Shown: positions 1 to 11,313 of the stretch, piece after piece
Layout: every line of letters starts with the position of its first letter
Position numbering within the stretch: position 1 is the stretch's first letter
Origin: Schmidtea polychroa
Taxonomy: Eukaryota
Assembly: GCA_044892525.1 (NCBI GenBank)
Contig: CM097886.1
Location: forward strand, 43,214,001 to 43,278,000
Length of the DNA: 64,000 bases
Direction of reading: 5' to 3'
Translations under genes and position numbers: made by a program
Notes under the pieces: model-generated
The model's input: the letters and a program-made list of their open reading frames with translations, nothing else
Told to the model about the DNA's origin: nothing
The model's database searches: none

Positions 1-317
1 TTGAGAAACAAAGTTATGAACTAAAAGTTCCTCTTATAAGAGGAATTGAAGAGTTAGAAAAAGGAGTATTAAAAGGAGTTCGGATCAGAGAGCGGAATAT
101 CAAATAAAAAGGTGAAACTTAGTTTTAAATCGCACAAGGTCGAGACGTCCAGGGCGATGTTCGATAGAAAATTGTGAGCAAAATCGTGGTTAACTAAAAG
201 TTGTAATTATTTATTGAGAATTGTAAATTTGCTATAAACAAATATACGTTGGGAGTTTGTGTTTGTCAATTTTGGGACACGTGGAATCAGAGTAACCAAC
301 GGTCGACTTTTTAGTAT

Positions 318-485
318 TGGTGGGTTACTGATGATCAAATATTTTGCTCTTTAGTGCTGTTACCAGCGTAACCCAAGATACGACATTGTTTACCGCTTGA
401 TACCCGTTGAACGATCAACGTTGGTACTGTATCAAGAGGGTGAGTGTTCGCAAAAAGTGAGCGCTTGAAGGCTTGTGTCCGATTT
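318..485 (-). ncRNA. Candidate structured RNA motif, copy 1 (three-way junction plus long hairpin; tRNA-like/PBS-like end)
   Basis: Pairings read on + strand: GGGTTAC 322-328 / GTAACCC 368-374; GCTG 356-359 / CAGC 364-367; CTTGATAC 396-403 / GTATCAAG 429-436 enclosing CGTTGA-acga-TCAACG. Same architecture at 1180-1401 and 21541-21723. Strand assignment is uncertain. Confidence 0.55.
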
Positions 486-1179
486 GGCCTGGTCCCTTCA
501 CCAGATTGTCTTCCCAATACCATGCCCTATTCATCCCACTTATCTCCCACATACATCATTTTTTTCAATTCATGCACACACGCACATGTTTCATGGCAAC
601 TCTCTAGTGAAAGTTAATAATTATTTATTAAAATACCACACATAATTCAGGTTTATGTTTGATTAATTTCCCGTTCAATCAAAATACCAAAAATTAATAC
701 TCAATTTTAATTCAGGCAATCCAGATTAAATTAAAGTTGAGTTTAATTATCCAGATTTCTTTTCCTTTTAAAAATTAAATTTTCAATTAATAATAAAAAT
801 AAAAATTTAATCCAAGGTGTTTAAATCACCTATTTATAATCAACATAATTTTGATAATTTGAATTTTTTTTTCTAATTTATAATGGTAAATTTAATATTT
901 TTAATTTTAAATATATATCGCTGAACAATTTAGCTCTGTCGGTGCTTGGCAAATTGTCAGAATCCCCCGTAGATTCCTAATTTGTCATCACTTAGGCGGG
1001 TTGTCCGGTTCAGCGTAATCACTTAGTTAACCCCCCATATTTAGAGATACGGATGCAAAACGGCCCGTCATAATGTCGGTCTGTACCAGGATTGAGGTTT
1101 ATTTCTGCCCGGATTTGTAACTCATACCCTTGAATTACAGAGTCTCTCTTTGAACCGGTTAGTTGGTATTTTATGACTA

Positions 1180-1401
1180 TGGTGGGTTACAGGTACTGTA
1201 AAATCTTTACCTCCTCATGCTGTTTCCAGCGTAACCCAGAATACAATTTATAGCTGACCACTTGATACCCGTTGAGCAATCAACGTTGGTACTGTATCAA
1301 GGGTTTGGGCGCTAGCAAAAAGTGAGCATGCTTAACATACTATAATTGTCTAGCACCCCCTGGGGTTCACGGACTGCCGATAGAAGGCCTGTGTCCGATT
1401 T
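1180..1401 (-). ncRNA. Candidate structured RNA motif, copy 2
   Basis: GGGTTAC 1184-1190 / GTAACCC 1231-1237; AGGTA 1191-1195 / TACCT 1208-1212; GCTG-tttc-CAGC 1219-1230; CTTGATAC 1261-1268 / GTATCAAG 1294-1301 enclosing CGTTGA-gcaa-TCAACG; shared GAAGGC(C/T)TGTGTCCGATTT block. Confidence 0.55.
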
Positions 1402-1502
1402 CTTTTCGTCCCCGTTACGACAATTAACATTGTAATAAAAGAAAATCAAAATGCCCCGCTATGGACGCACTAGTGAAGATTTATTTGGACAACATGAATA
1501 AC

Positions 1503-1967
1503 TTATCGTGTGCTGGTCGGCCCTCTTGGTGTAGCCTCTGATTCAGTAGCATGGAGAGCTAATTGGGCCTGACTGGCCTGCCTTATCCTCGCTCGCGCCG
1601 CTTTTCCCGGCCGAATCTTCTTCCTTGGGGCTACCGCTGTTGGGGCGTTTTCCTTCGATCGACGGAGCAACTCATCTAAGGGCCGGATCTTGGCAATGAC
1701 CTCTCGCTCCAGCTCCTGTTGATGCACCTTGACTTCCAGTTCCCTCACTCTTAGGCGGAGGGCCCGCAACTCAATCTGGTCTTGTGCATTCTGAAGTTGT
1801 AGTTGGGTAATCAACTTCATCCTCTTCTTCATCTCCGCTGGTGGGAACCAGGTGCACTCGAAGTTCCGACAGTGGGCCTTGACTCGTGTCCACTTGGTCC
1901 GGTATTCTTCCGCCTGTCGTTGTGCCCGTTCCCTATCGGCTCGCATCTCTTCCAAGAGTTCCTGCAC
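1503..1967 (-). CDS. Orphan coiled-coil protein with basic C-terminus (ORF-B); probably the 3' exon of a spliced ORF
   Basis: 154-codon GC-rich ORF in AT-rich context; heptad-like QLQLQNAQDQIELRALRLRVRELEVKV; no ATG at the start, preceded by a pyrimidine tract and acceptor (ctttgttttag|TG CAG); a decayed homologue exists at 21113-21310. Confidence 0.65.
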   Translation of the reverse strand: MQELLEEMRADRERAQRQAEEYRTKWTRVKAHCRNFECTWFPPAEMKKRMKLITQLQLQNAQDQIELRALRLRVRELEVKVHQQELEREVIAKIRPLDELLRRSKENAPTAVAPRKKIRPGKAARARIRQASQAQLALHATESEATPRGPTSTR

Positions 1968-2471
1968 TAAAACAAAGGTAACATCAATATCTTTCTACAT
2001 TATTGTCGATGTATTCTTGCCCTATCGCGGCCACCATCACTAAACGAGCCACTATCCTCACCCCATAACCCCGCATTTATGTGCCTCTAAACCCCGTTCC
2101 ACTCCTAGGAGTCTCTCCAAAGACTCGTGGTGCTGTTAAGGATACTGACCCTTAGCTGTATCGCGGTCAAACTAGGTGAAAAATCTATAATTGAGTTACG
2201 AGTAATAACAAACTACTAACATCAGGTGGGCAGAATCGATGAGTTTGCAGTTAACTTTAATTACCAAATAAAGAAAATGTTCACAATTAGATTATTATAC
2301 AAGACATAAATTGGTAACCAAGGACGTTTATCGAGTTAAACAATAATGTACATTTAAAGGTCGAAATCAATACATGCAAACTGTAAATTTTATTCAACCG
2401 AATACGGTCATAGATCAATGTAAATTTGTTCGCGGCACGGTACCGCACAGTGTTGATTCTTGATCTGGTTA

Positions 2472-2936
2472 TCACTTTGATTTGGCTGGATTGATCTTTC
2501 GTGGGCGACCGCGCTTTCGTGTTTGCTCCGGCTCTCGATAGGGACTTCGCGGCCATTCCAGTCCACGGCGGAGGGCTGCGGTCCGCTTAGGATGACATTG
2601 GGCTCGAGCGTAGCCGTCGCAGTCTTCTAATTCACCAGCCAAAGTTGCTTCCTCGAGCCGGTGTAGTCGATCTATCGCCACCGTCACCTCGTCAAAGGCG
2701 TCGATCAAAGCTAATGACGCGCGATTGAGGTAAGGCTCCACCTTTGGGGCCACTGGGATCACATTCTGATAGGTCCAGTCATGGATCTTGTACCAGATCC
2801 ATCTGGACCGTAGCCGGGCGATTTCTGCGTCCTCTCTCAATCGGACGGCTTCGTCTGCTTCCTCGCCGGTAATTTCTAGGCTCGAGTCGACTGATGAGGG
2901 GCCGGCCGGCATATTCCTTGACCTAGTGTTGGGCAT
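2472..2936 (-). CDS. Orphan protein with C-terminal AT-hook-like motif (ORF-A)
   Basis: ATG-initiated 154-aa GC-rich ORF ending RKRGRPRKINPAKSK; splice-acceptor-like tttatattacag 2 nt before the ATG. No family recognised. Confidence 0.6.
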   Translation of the reverse strand: MPNTRSRNMPAGPSSVDSSLEITGEEADEAVRLREDAEIARLRSRWIWYKIHDWTYQNVIPVAPKVEPYLNRASLALIDAFDEVTVAIDRLHRLEEATLAGELEDCDGYARAQCHPKRTAALRRGLEWPRSPYREPEQTRKRGRPRKINPAKSK

Positions 2937-3989
2937 GACTGTAATATAAACAAAATATTAGAACCAATCTTTGTACTTCTATTACGTTTGATCACTCCAA
3001 AATGTCCAAATACCTCATTACAATTTATATACACGCATAACACCCAACCAGTTCAACAGACAATGATTTGTAGGCGAAGTAAATTAATTTACGAATTTAT
3101 TTCTATATTTGGTTCATATATCCAATTTAATAAATTAGTTCCAGATTACTAAATTAAATCAAGTTCCTATATTCCAGATCGGTAAATTAGGTTTATCAAC
3201 TTAAGGGTGGGCATAATTAAGGTAGACAATTTCGCATTAAAATAAATATTTGAATGAAATTTCATAAATTAAATTAAAATAGATATTTGAATGAATTAAT
3301 TAACTGAAAAATTTGAATTTCATAAGTCGATTAAAATTACCCGTCCAAATGGATTTGTTTATCTTAATTAAAATTTTAATTCATTATTTCACAATAAGCT
3401 CTCTTTCTTAAAAGGAAATTTCTCTTTTTAATCTACAAAATTTTGCTGCTAAGACCCACTACGAGGGAGAACATTGCTATGTATCGAAAATTATATTCGG
3501 TCCCTAGTAATTTCTAACCGTAGGGGTTGTGGGTAGCTCTATCCTCATCCTAATGGGCAAGTAACTAAAATTTGTTAAATTTTCTATCCGTTTCATTTCA
3601 GGGATTCAATCTTCTCAACTCCCATTTCAATCAAGGAATATATCTGGATAAATTTTCTAGACAGTCGTGGGCTAATGACAGTTTACATGTGCCCTCTTAC
3701 TTCATTTGCAAGTTGTTTGTACTCCATTCTTGGTCATCCCAATTTTTTGGTGTCTACATTTATACGTACAGTGGAAATGCCAGAATAAAGTTTTTGCTCA
3801 AAGGGGTTTTGGCGAGTCCCTTTTTTCGCTTACCTTCCTACATCCTGGGTAAGACTTTTCTAGTGACTGAGAAGGTTTGGTAAATGAGTTTTATGATTAT
3901 TACTAAATATAATTGTTCGTTCTTGTTGAATTTAATAATAATAACCTTAAGAATGAGGTTGGTAATAATAATAGTAATAATAATGATAC

Positions 3990-4230
3990 AAAATACATTA
4001 ATAATAATACTCATTGTAATAATAATATTAAAATAATAGTAATAATAGTGACACGAAATATATTAATAATAATACTCATTGTAACAATAATATTAAATTT
4101 ACAGTAATGATAATGATACGCAATATTAATAATAATACTCATTGTGATAGTAATATTAAATTTACAGTAGTGATAATGATACGAAATATATTAATAATAA
4201 TACTCATTGTAATAATAATATTAGTAAGAA
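3990..4230. repeat. About 63-66 bp imperfect tandem repeat (x4) within AAT-rich low-complexity tract
   Basis: Core ATTAATAATAATACTCATTGT recurs at about 3997, 4062, 4125 and 4190. Confidence 0.8.
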
Positions 4231-4960
4231 TGATGGAGATAAAAATAATAATAAGAAGAGCAATAATCATAACAACGAGGATGGTAATATTAGTAATGAT
4301 AATAACCTCAATAATAACAATGACAATATGGTTAATGATGGTACTAATAAACATAGATTCGTAGAGTATGGGATTACCACATGTGGGAAATCACTTGCGG
4401 AAAAATCATGAACTCATTTTTCGCCCTGAGATGTACAATGATATTTCTAAGAGTAAAGTAAGTCAACTAGGTTCCTGCAGCAAATTAAACTAATACTTTT
4501 AGGTAGTCCTTAGGGACTATAGGAATCGAAGAGTTATTTATGTAAACTTACGGGTAATCCTCCTATGTCACAATAAGTCGATTATGGCAAGAGCCTTTAT
4601 GAAAATTTATAACTCGTCATTTTTCGCATACCAAAATTCTAGCTAGATTTTAAAATGAGCTGATTTAGGACACAACGGGTAATGAAGGTATATTTCGGGG
4701 GGGGGGGGGGGGTCATTTAAGAAACTTGTAATTTAGTTTTTTCTGAACCTAATATAAGTTAAATATACATTAAGGAAACTTTATACTCCTATATACTTCC
4801 ATAAGGTAATAATATACATTTTAGTAAAGTAAATCTGTTGAAAATTAATAATAATAATAGAAAATTAATAATAATAATCATAATGATCCTAAAGATGGAA
4901 ATTGCTAAATTAACATTGGAACATATTACTATCTAAAATTATACATTAACATGAGTTCAT

Positions 4961-5136
4961 NNNNNNNNNNNNNNNNNNNNNNNNNNNNNNNNNNNNNNNN
5001 NNNNNNNNNNNNNNNNNNNNNNNNNNNNNNNNNNNNNNNNNNNNNNNNNNNNNNNNNNNNNNNNNNNNNNNNNNNNNNNNNNNNNNNNNNNNNNNNNNNN
5101 NNNNNNNNNNNNNNNNNNNNNNNNNNNNNNNNNNNN
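4961..5136. other. Assembly gap (N run). Other gaps: 7550-7697, 17082-17414, 43028-43156, 44425-44552, 54823-55053, 56518-56680
   Basis: N characters in the sequence. Confidence 1.
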
Positions 5137-6269
5137 AATCTATAATTTATCCTTTTCTAATTATAATGTAAATACGTATTAAGGAAGTTAATGTACTTGT
5201 ATATGCCATTATATGGCAACGATATACCCCCTTTTCTTAATGTAGTTTTTAGAAGATCAATCATGATAATAGCAAGGACACCCAAATTGATAATATTATT
5301 AGGACTCAAAAAAAAATTTGTTTGAAGATTTTATGTCATCTACCTTTCAATACGCATAGAGGCAATAAAAATTGTTAAAGGATTTATAAAATATTTATTG
5401 AACGTGAACTAAAATACATTAAACAAAATTATGAATAGTAGTACTAAAATTAGTTAATATCAGGTATTAGTTTATGCAATTAGCCGACTACCGAAAGCCT
5501 CTGTATTAATTTGAGTCTGGGATATTTCCCGTTTAGATGATCCTAGTGGTCTGTTTCCTATATCAGAATTAAGTGTTGATTTTTGGTATGTCGTTTACTG
5601 AAAAGTCGAGTTAATTAAAATTTTCCTACTTTCCCGACCCAACTGGATACGGTACGATAGGCCTTATTGTATTATGTTTCCCGCGATTACTTTCCCGAAG
5701 TTTATTTCGTCCGCATAGTCCCTGTGACTATGCCAACTACCGGTATGGGTTTACCGCCCTACTCCTGGTTAGAACCATTAGTTCGTGGCGACCTCCGGTT
5801 AAAAAAAAAAGTTTAGATTTTTATGCATGTGGGGTCGTAGACCCAAAATTTGTGCGTGTGGTCTATAAATTGGAAACAAGGCTGATCAGCATAGTGACTA
5901 TAACCCGTTCACAATGCTGGTCACTCTTATTTCGTGATAGTAAGATTAAACAAAAAAAAACAAAAAGTTAATCAATATAATGAAATGAAATCACAAATAA
6001 TAAAATAACAATTATAAAATAAATAACAATCATGATAAAATTAATCAATCGTCCTTACTATTAGTGGGTTCCGAATTTTTCAAGAAAAATTTTGGCATAA
6101 AAAGATTAAATTGTGACTAAAATGCGTCGGTATATATACCTATTTTGTACACGTGTATGTATTGATGTATTAAAACAAACTCGAATTCTTTTTATTCCAG
6201 AATTTTCTATTTTGTAATTTTGATATTTTTAATGGCGATTTTTGCGTCATAATTTTTATTTTTATTTTT

Positions 6270-6755
6270 AAAATTTTATTTCCTAAATATTTTTTGCTAA
6301 TTTTTCCTCCATGATGGATTTGGCACGGTTCCAGAACATTCCATATTACTTTTAATTCAATTTTTATTTTTAACTGATATTTTACGAATTTCTTTTTAAG
6401 AAATTTTATTTTTAATACTAATTTATTTATTTTTCTAAATTTTATTGTTTAAGGTAGCTTTTATGATGGTCATCGCCATTTTTATGGAATGTTCTGGGTT
6501 TTTCTGGAATTTTTTTGCTATTTTTACCATCTTTTAAGTTATTCGAGTTTGTTTTTTGTAACTCTGTGTTTATTTGGCTATTTTTGAGTTAGATTTTGCA
6601 TAACTTCTTGTTTTTGTATAATTTTATTTAATTTCTGTGTTTTAGGTTTTTGTTGTTTTTTTCCTTTCATTACCATTGGTTATTTGGTGTAGTTTTTAAT
6701 ATTTAACTATACTTTTTGCTTTTTGCATGCTGTGTACCTACACATTTCCGTCACA
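6270..6755. repeat. Dispersed repeat, possibly an LTR fragment (ends ...CATTTCCGTCACA); paralogue at about 18225-18812
   Basis: Shared blocks CCTCCATGATGGATTT, CCAGAACATT, CGCCATTTTTATG(G/A)AAT and TGTGTAC..ACACATTTC(C)GTC in the same order and orientation in both copies. Confidence 0.65.
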
Positions 6756-7697
6756 ATTAGAAATTTGGGTCTAGAAGTCAGTTCTAGCCCAACAACTATT
6801 TCAGGAATTAAGCATTTTTATCGGGAAATTTAAATGGATAGTATAATTTCCAACATTGTGAACTGATTTTGTGTAACGGATTTCGGTAATATTTTAACGT
6901 CTTAATGGATTTTTTTTTACTCTTCTGAAAATGATTTTGGTAAATGATTTTAGTAATATTTTAGTAATAATTTGTACTCTTCTGTAGATGATTTTGGTAA
7001 TATTTTAGCGTTTTGAATGAATTTTTTTTAAGTCGTATTTTGACACTAAATGATTCCAAAATGGTTTCATGCTTCTGGTAAGTATATTTGATTTTATCTT
7101 TCTCAATTTTTTGCTTGTATTTAATTAATAAATGTAATAAATTTAATGTAGTTTGGCTCGACCATCGGGTGGCGGTGCTTCTAAAATTAGAATATGTAAA
7201 ATTCTAAGGACATTATTGGAGAAAGGTGTTCTATATTTACCTTCGACATTAGGGGAATCCTAAATCGATAATTTTAATAAAAAATTTTCTTTGTATAAGT
7301 AAATTACCCAATTAATTAATAATAGAGTATACATTAGCTGATTAGTAGTATTAACACGATCCCGATTAATATAAAACTTGGGGGGGGGGGTAATTTATGA
7401 AAATTATAAATTTTGATGTTTAAAATTTAATTTATCTGTATATATTCTATATTGATATTTGATACTATTATCTTGACTATTTTTCAACCTGGGGGTAATT
7501 AAGAACGTTTGTAATAAAAAAAATTCTTAAGGGATTAAATAACTGCATGNNNNNNNNNNNNNNNNNNNNNNNNNNNNNNNNNNNNNNNNNNNNNNNNNNN
7601 NNNNNNNNNNNNNNNNNNNNNNNNNNNNNNNNNNNNNNNNNNNNNNNNNNNNNNNNNNNNNNNNNNNNNNNNNNNNNNNNNNNNNNNNNNNNNNNNN

Positions 7698-10600
7698 AAT
7701 ATCGATAATCATGAGACAACTAATTCTCAGATAGAAAACTGTATACCCACCGACCCCTGCCTTGAAGTATCTATTATCCTCCCGTCTAGATGTCGACCCT
7801 CTCCTCTCAATGACACACCATCATCCTTCCATCTTATCTGTGGTCAGAGACCTGCATCTTGTGATCTTGACTGTTCCCCTCGCCTGATCCTAAACAGTAC
7901 TACCAATTTGTTGTCTGATTGCGAAAACACACCCCCTCCCCCGCATCCCTCTCGTCGTACCCAAAACGCGTCTCAAACCTCTGACTTTGATGACATAGTC
8001 CTCTCGGATAACTCTACCACCTCCTCTCATTCACCCATAACACCAACTGCCCTCCATACATCAACCCCAACCCCAGCTGCCCCAATGAACATTACCAAGC
8101 AAACAATACCACCGAATAAGAAAGATACCGCCCTTCTCGAAGAGGCGCAGGCTCTCCTACGTTTGGACTCACAAATGGACGTCCAAGGCAAAATAATTCA
8201 AATTGTAACTGACCAAATACCCCAACCAACACCAGACTTTCTCACCCCTAAACGCCTCAAGAAGCTAGTTAAAAAACGTAACACCACGACCCCAAAAACC
8301 GACTATGAACACCTTCAAAATAATACTACCCTATATTTTCTTGACAACAGAGGCAAATGCAGATGCAGACCCAACTTCAAAGTCCCTCTCTGCGACTCAA
8401 TCTCCATCTCCCTATACGATAGAACCGCCCTAATCAGCCATGCCCAAGACATCCATAACATCATCTTTGACCAAGAATCCCTTATTGACTGCTACCAATG
8501 TCGACCTAAGTTTGGAGGAATAGGAAAATTTGATATGAACCTCTTCCGCTTTAGGGACATCATTAACCATATTGACCACTTTGACCACCAAATACAAACT
8601 GACCGTAAGCTGCTTAAACGCGTTAGTACCAGGATCGCCCCATCCAACAAAATAGTCTGCCACATCTATAACAAAACCTGTGCCAGATTTTTGATCCACC
8701 ATGACCCTAGCTCCTCCTTAAAGACAATCACGCAGCACATGGCTAAGTCACACAAAAAATATACATATGACCCCAACGAGGAAGTATACTGTTTCTGTGG
8801 CCTATGGATACTCTTCACGGACATCAAAGCCCATATTAATTCCATGCACCCGCTTCCATACTCCCACGTCTTCACTAAACCTCCACCCTCCGCCGAATGC
8901 AGTATTGAGATACATGACTTGAATACTGAGAACCTTCTTGGCCCACTACTTGAAACCCAAGAAAGCATGTTCCACATCTCTGATAGTGAAACTACCAAAC
9001 GACCACTACCTGATGACCTACTTTTCACACCTAACATTGACAATGAATCCGCATGATGGTCACAACACGCAATTAAAGCATACATCTTTTCCTTCGCCAT
9101 GAAAAAATCAACAATCTTCGTCGACCCTTTCATCGGAAACGCCCTCATCCAACATAACTATAAAACTTTCTTTTCAACCTTCCCCTTCCATGAATTCGCA
9201 GAGTGGAATGAAATTATCATACCCATGTCCAATGGACAAAACAGTTGGTTCTTCTTCTTCCTCGATAAAAAACAAAAACTTGCAGTACTCATTGACCCAT
9301 TAATTGACAACAGCCTTCTAACACACTCAAAACTCGCCAATAGCCTACTTGAAACCATCCTAGACCTTCAGAAAATTGTCTTACCCATATCCATTGACTT
9401 AATAGAACCCAAATACCCTCGCTGCAGTGTGCCTGCAGACTCAGCTTTCTTCATCTGTCACTTCATTGAACACCTCATCACGCGACACCCCCTCACCACA
9501 CCCCACATTTCCTCTATGACCTTGAACTTAAAACAATTATTAATAATTATATTAAAAATAAAATACCAAATAATGATATACGTAAATATAAACAGTTTAT
9601 AGAGAATATTATTTTTAATCTCATCGAAAACAAAACTGATGCCGACTCTGCTATTTCCGAAATGGAAAAAATAAATGCAAACATTCACCCTTTAAAATAT
9701 ATTACCAAAAAACCCTCTGACATAATACATAAAAAAACCCGTAATGAGAACGAATTACTCTTCATTAAAAGGAAAAAATACACCATTAACCCAAAGGAGG
9801 AAATAGCAAAGATCCTGAGAAATACCCCAACCTTCCAGAGACCCACTATGGATAATATTCTTAAACTCTTTGCTGGAACACTCACAAGTTGCTCGCCTAA
9901 TCCTTTGATTGAACTACCCTCACTTCCCGAAAATCTCTCCTGCGACCCCTTTGACATCGATGAAATTAAGGCAATCTTCAAGCAACTCGGCAATACGGCC
10001 CCAGGTATAGATGGCATCTCTTTATCTGACTGGAGAATTCTATCACCTGACTTCGAATTCCTTCTATCCTTGTTTAACAACCTACTACGCACAACTACTT
10101 GCCCTATGTCCTGGAAAACTTTTCGCTCCAAACTAATTCTAAAAGCTGGAAAGACCGAGACAAGCCATGAAGCTAACTCCTGGAGACCCATATCTATCAT
10201 GAACACCTCATACCGTATATTCTCCTCACTTCTAAACAATCGCCTCTTGAGCTGGATAAAACTCGGCAACCTACTATCTAACAACCAAAAGGCTATATGT
10301 GCACCCGATGGATGTGCTGAACACAATTTCACCTTACACCTTGTCAAAGATGCTGCAATCCGCAATAAAACTGACCTTCATATCATATGGCTCGATATCT
10401 CCGATGCTTTTGGATCCTTACCCCATTCCCTTATATGGCACACTCTCACCAATATGGGACTCAACCCAAATACAATCAAACTTATAAATGACATGTATAA
10501 CGATGTACAAACTATTTTCGAATGTGAAGGAGAACGTTCCCCATCTGTCCCCATTGTTAAAGGAGTTAAGCAAGGATGCCCCTTATCTATGACAATCTTT

Positions 10601-11313
10601 TGCCTATGTATAGACTTCATACTTCAACATGTCTTAAAACACCATCCCTTCCTTTTCCATGGACACAACATTAGCATCCTTGCCTATGCCGATGATATTG
10701 TACTAATCTCTGACTCGTACTACTCTATAAACCTAGCACTTTGTGAAACGACACAACTGGCTTCACAAGTTAACCTTCGATTTAAGCCCTCGAAATCCGG
10801 ATACTTTCATATCAACCATGATGACAATTATAACCCAATCCGCCTTTATGACGAACTCCTCCCTAGAATTGATGACTCTAACCTCTACCGATACCTTGGA
10901 GTTGATTTCACGTATAAAGTAAGGCACAACATTGAGGAGAGACTTGAAAATGCCTTAAATGATACCAAAACAATTCTAGCCTCCCATCTGCACCCTGCTC
11001 AAAAACTCAATGCCTACAAAATTTTCATACATTCTCGCCTTACCTATATCTACCGCAACTGCGAAATTCACCACAGTATTCTCGACTCCGAAAGAAACCT
11101 TAAAAATAATGCAGGCGCCACCCAAAGACTAAAATCTATAATCAAAAACGCCATTGGCGATAAAATTTGCGAGCTCAATAACAATTTCCTATATACATCC
11201 ATCAAACTTGGAGGACTGGGGTTAACATCCCTCATTGATGAATATCTTATCCAGGGAATTGTCCACCTCATACGTGCCCTCAACTCAACTGACACTGATT
11301 TTCGCAACCTCGT
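7698..11313 (+). mobile_element. Non-LTR retrotransposon, NeSL/R5-like (RLE-group) RT, 5' portion: zinc-finger-like region, Ulp1-like protease fold and RT; inactivated
   Basis: Frame open from the gap edge at 7698; in-frame TGA at 9054-9056 continues in frame into the 9099 ORF; frameshift near 9545; RT motifs APGIDG, WRPISIMNTSYRIF, WLDISDAFGSLPH, GVKQGCPLS, LAYADD, YRYLGV, GGLG. Clade is inferred from the protease-like domain upstream of RT, as in NeSL-1. Confidence 0.85.
9662..11313 (+). pseudogene. Reverse transcriptase ORF segment of the non-LTR element, interrupted by the gypsy insertion
   Basis: RT motifs present. The last two residues (VK*) are read from the inserted LTR; the true frame resumes at 16483 (N-L-V-L-S-E-L after removing the insertion). 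Confidence 0.9.

Noticed and set aside
1-317. U5 end of an LTR preceding the TGGTGG motif
   Set aside because: Suggestive composition, but no CA terminus and no second copy in the window; left uncalled and kept only as an alternative hypothesis in the findings.
328-374. CTGATGA inside a terminal stem, suggesting a hammerhead or box C/D snoRNA
   Set aside because: There is no stem II plus GAAA and no box D CTGA, and the heptamer is absent from the equivalent position in copies 2 and 3.
335-523. 62-aa ORF over RNA copy 1
   Set aside because: The frame is not conserved in the other copies; sequence changes follow base-pairing, not codons.
3913-4364. Ile/Asn/Met-rich short ORFs on both strands
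   Set aside because: Artefacts of AAT low-complexity sequence.
4696-7392. Poly-G runs at about 4697-4713 and 7380-7390 as PPTs
   Set aside because: No recognisable paired LTR follows either run.
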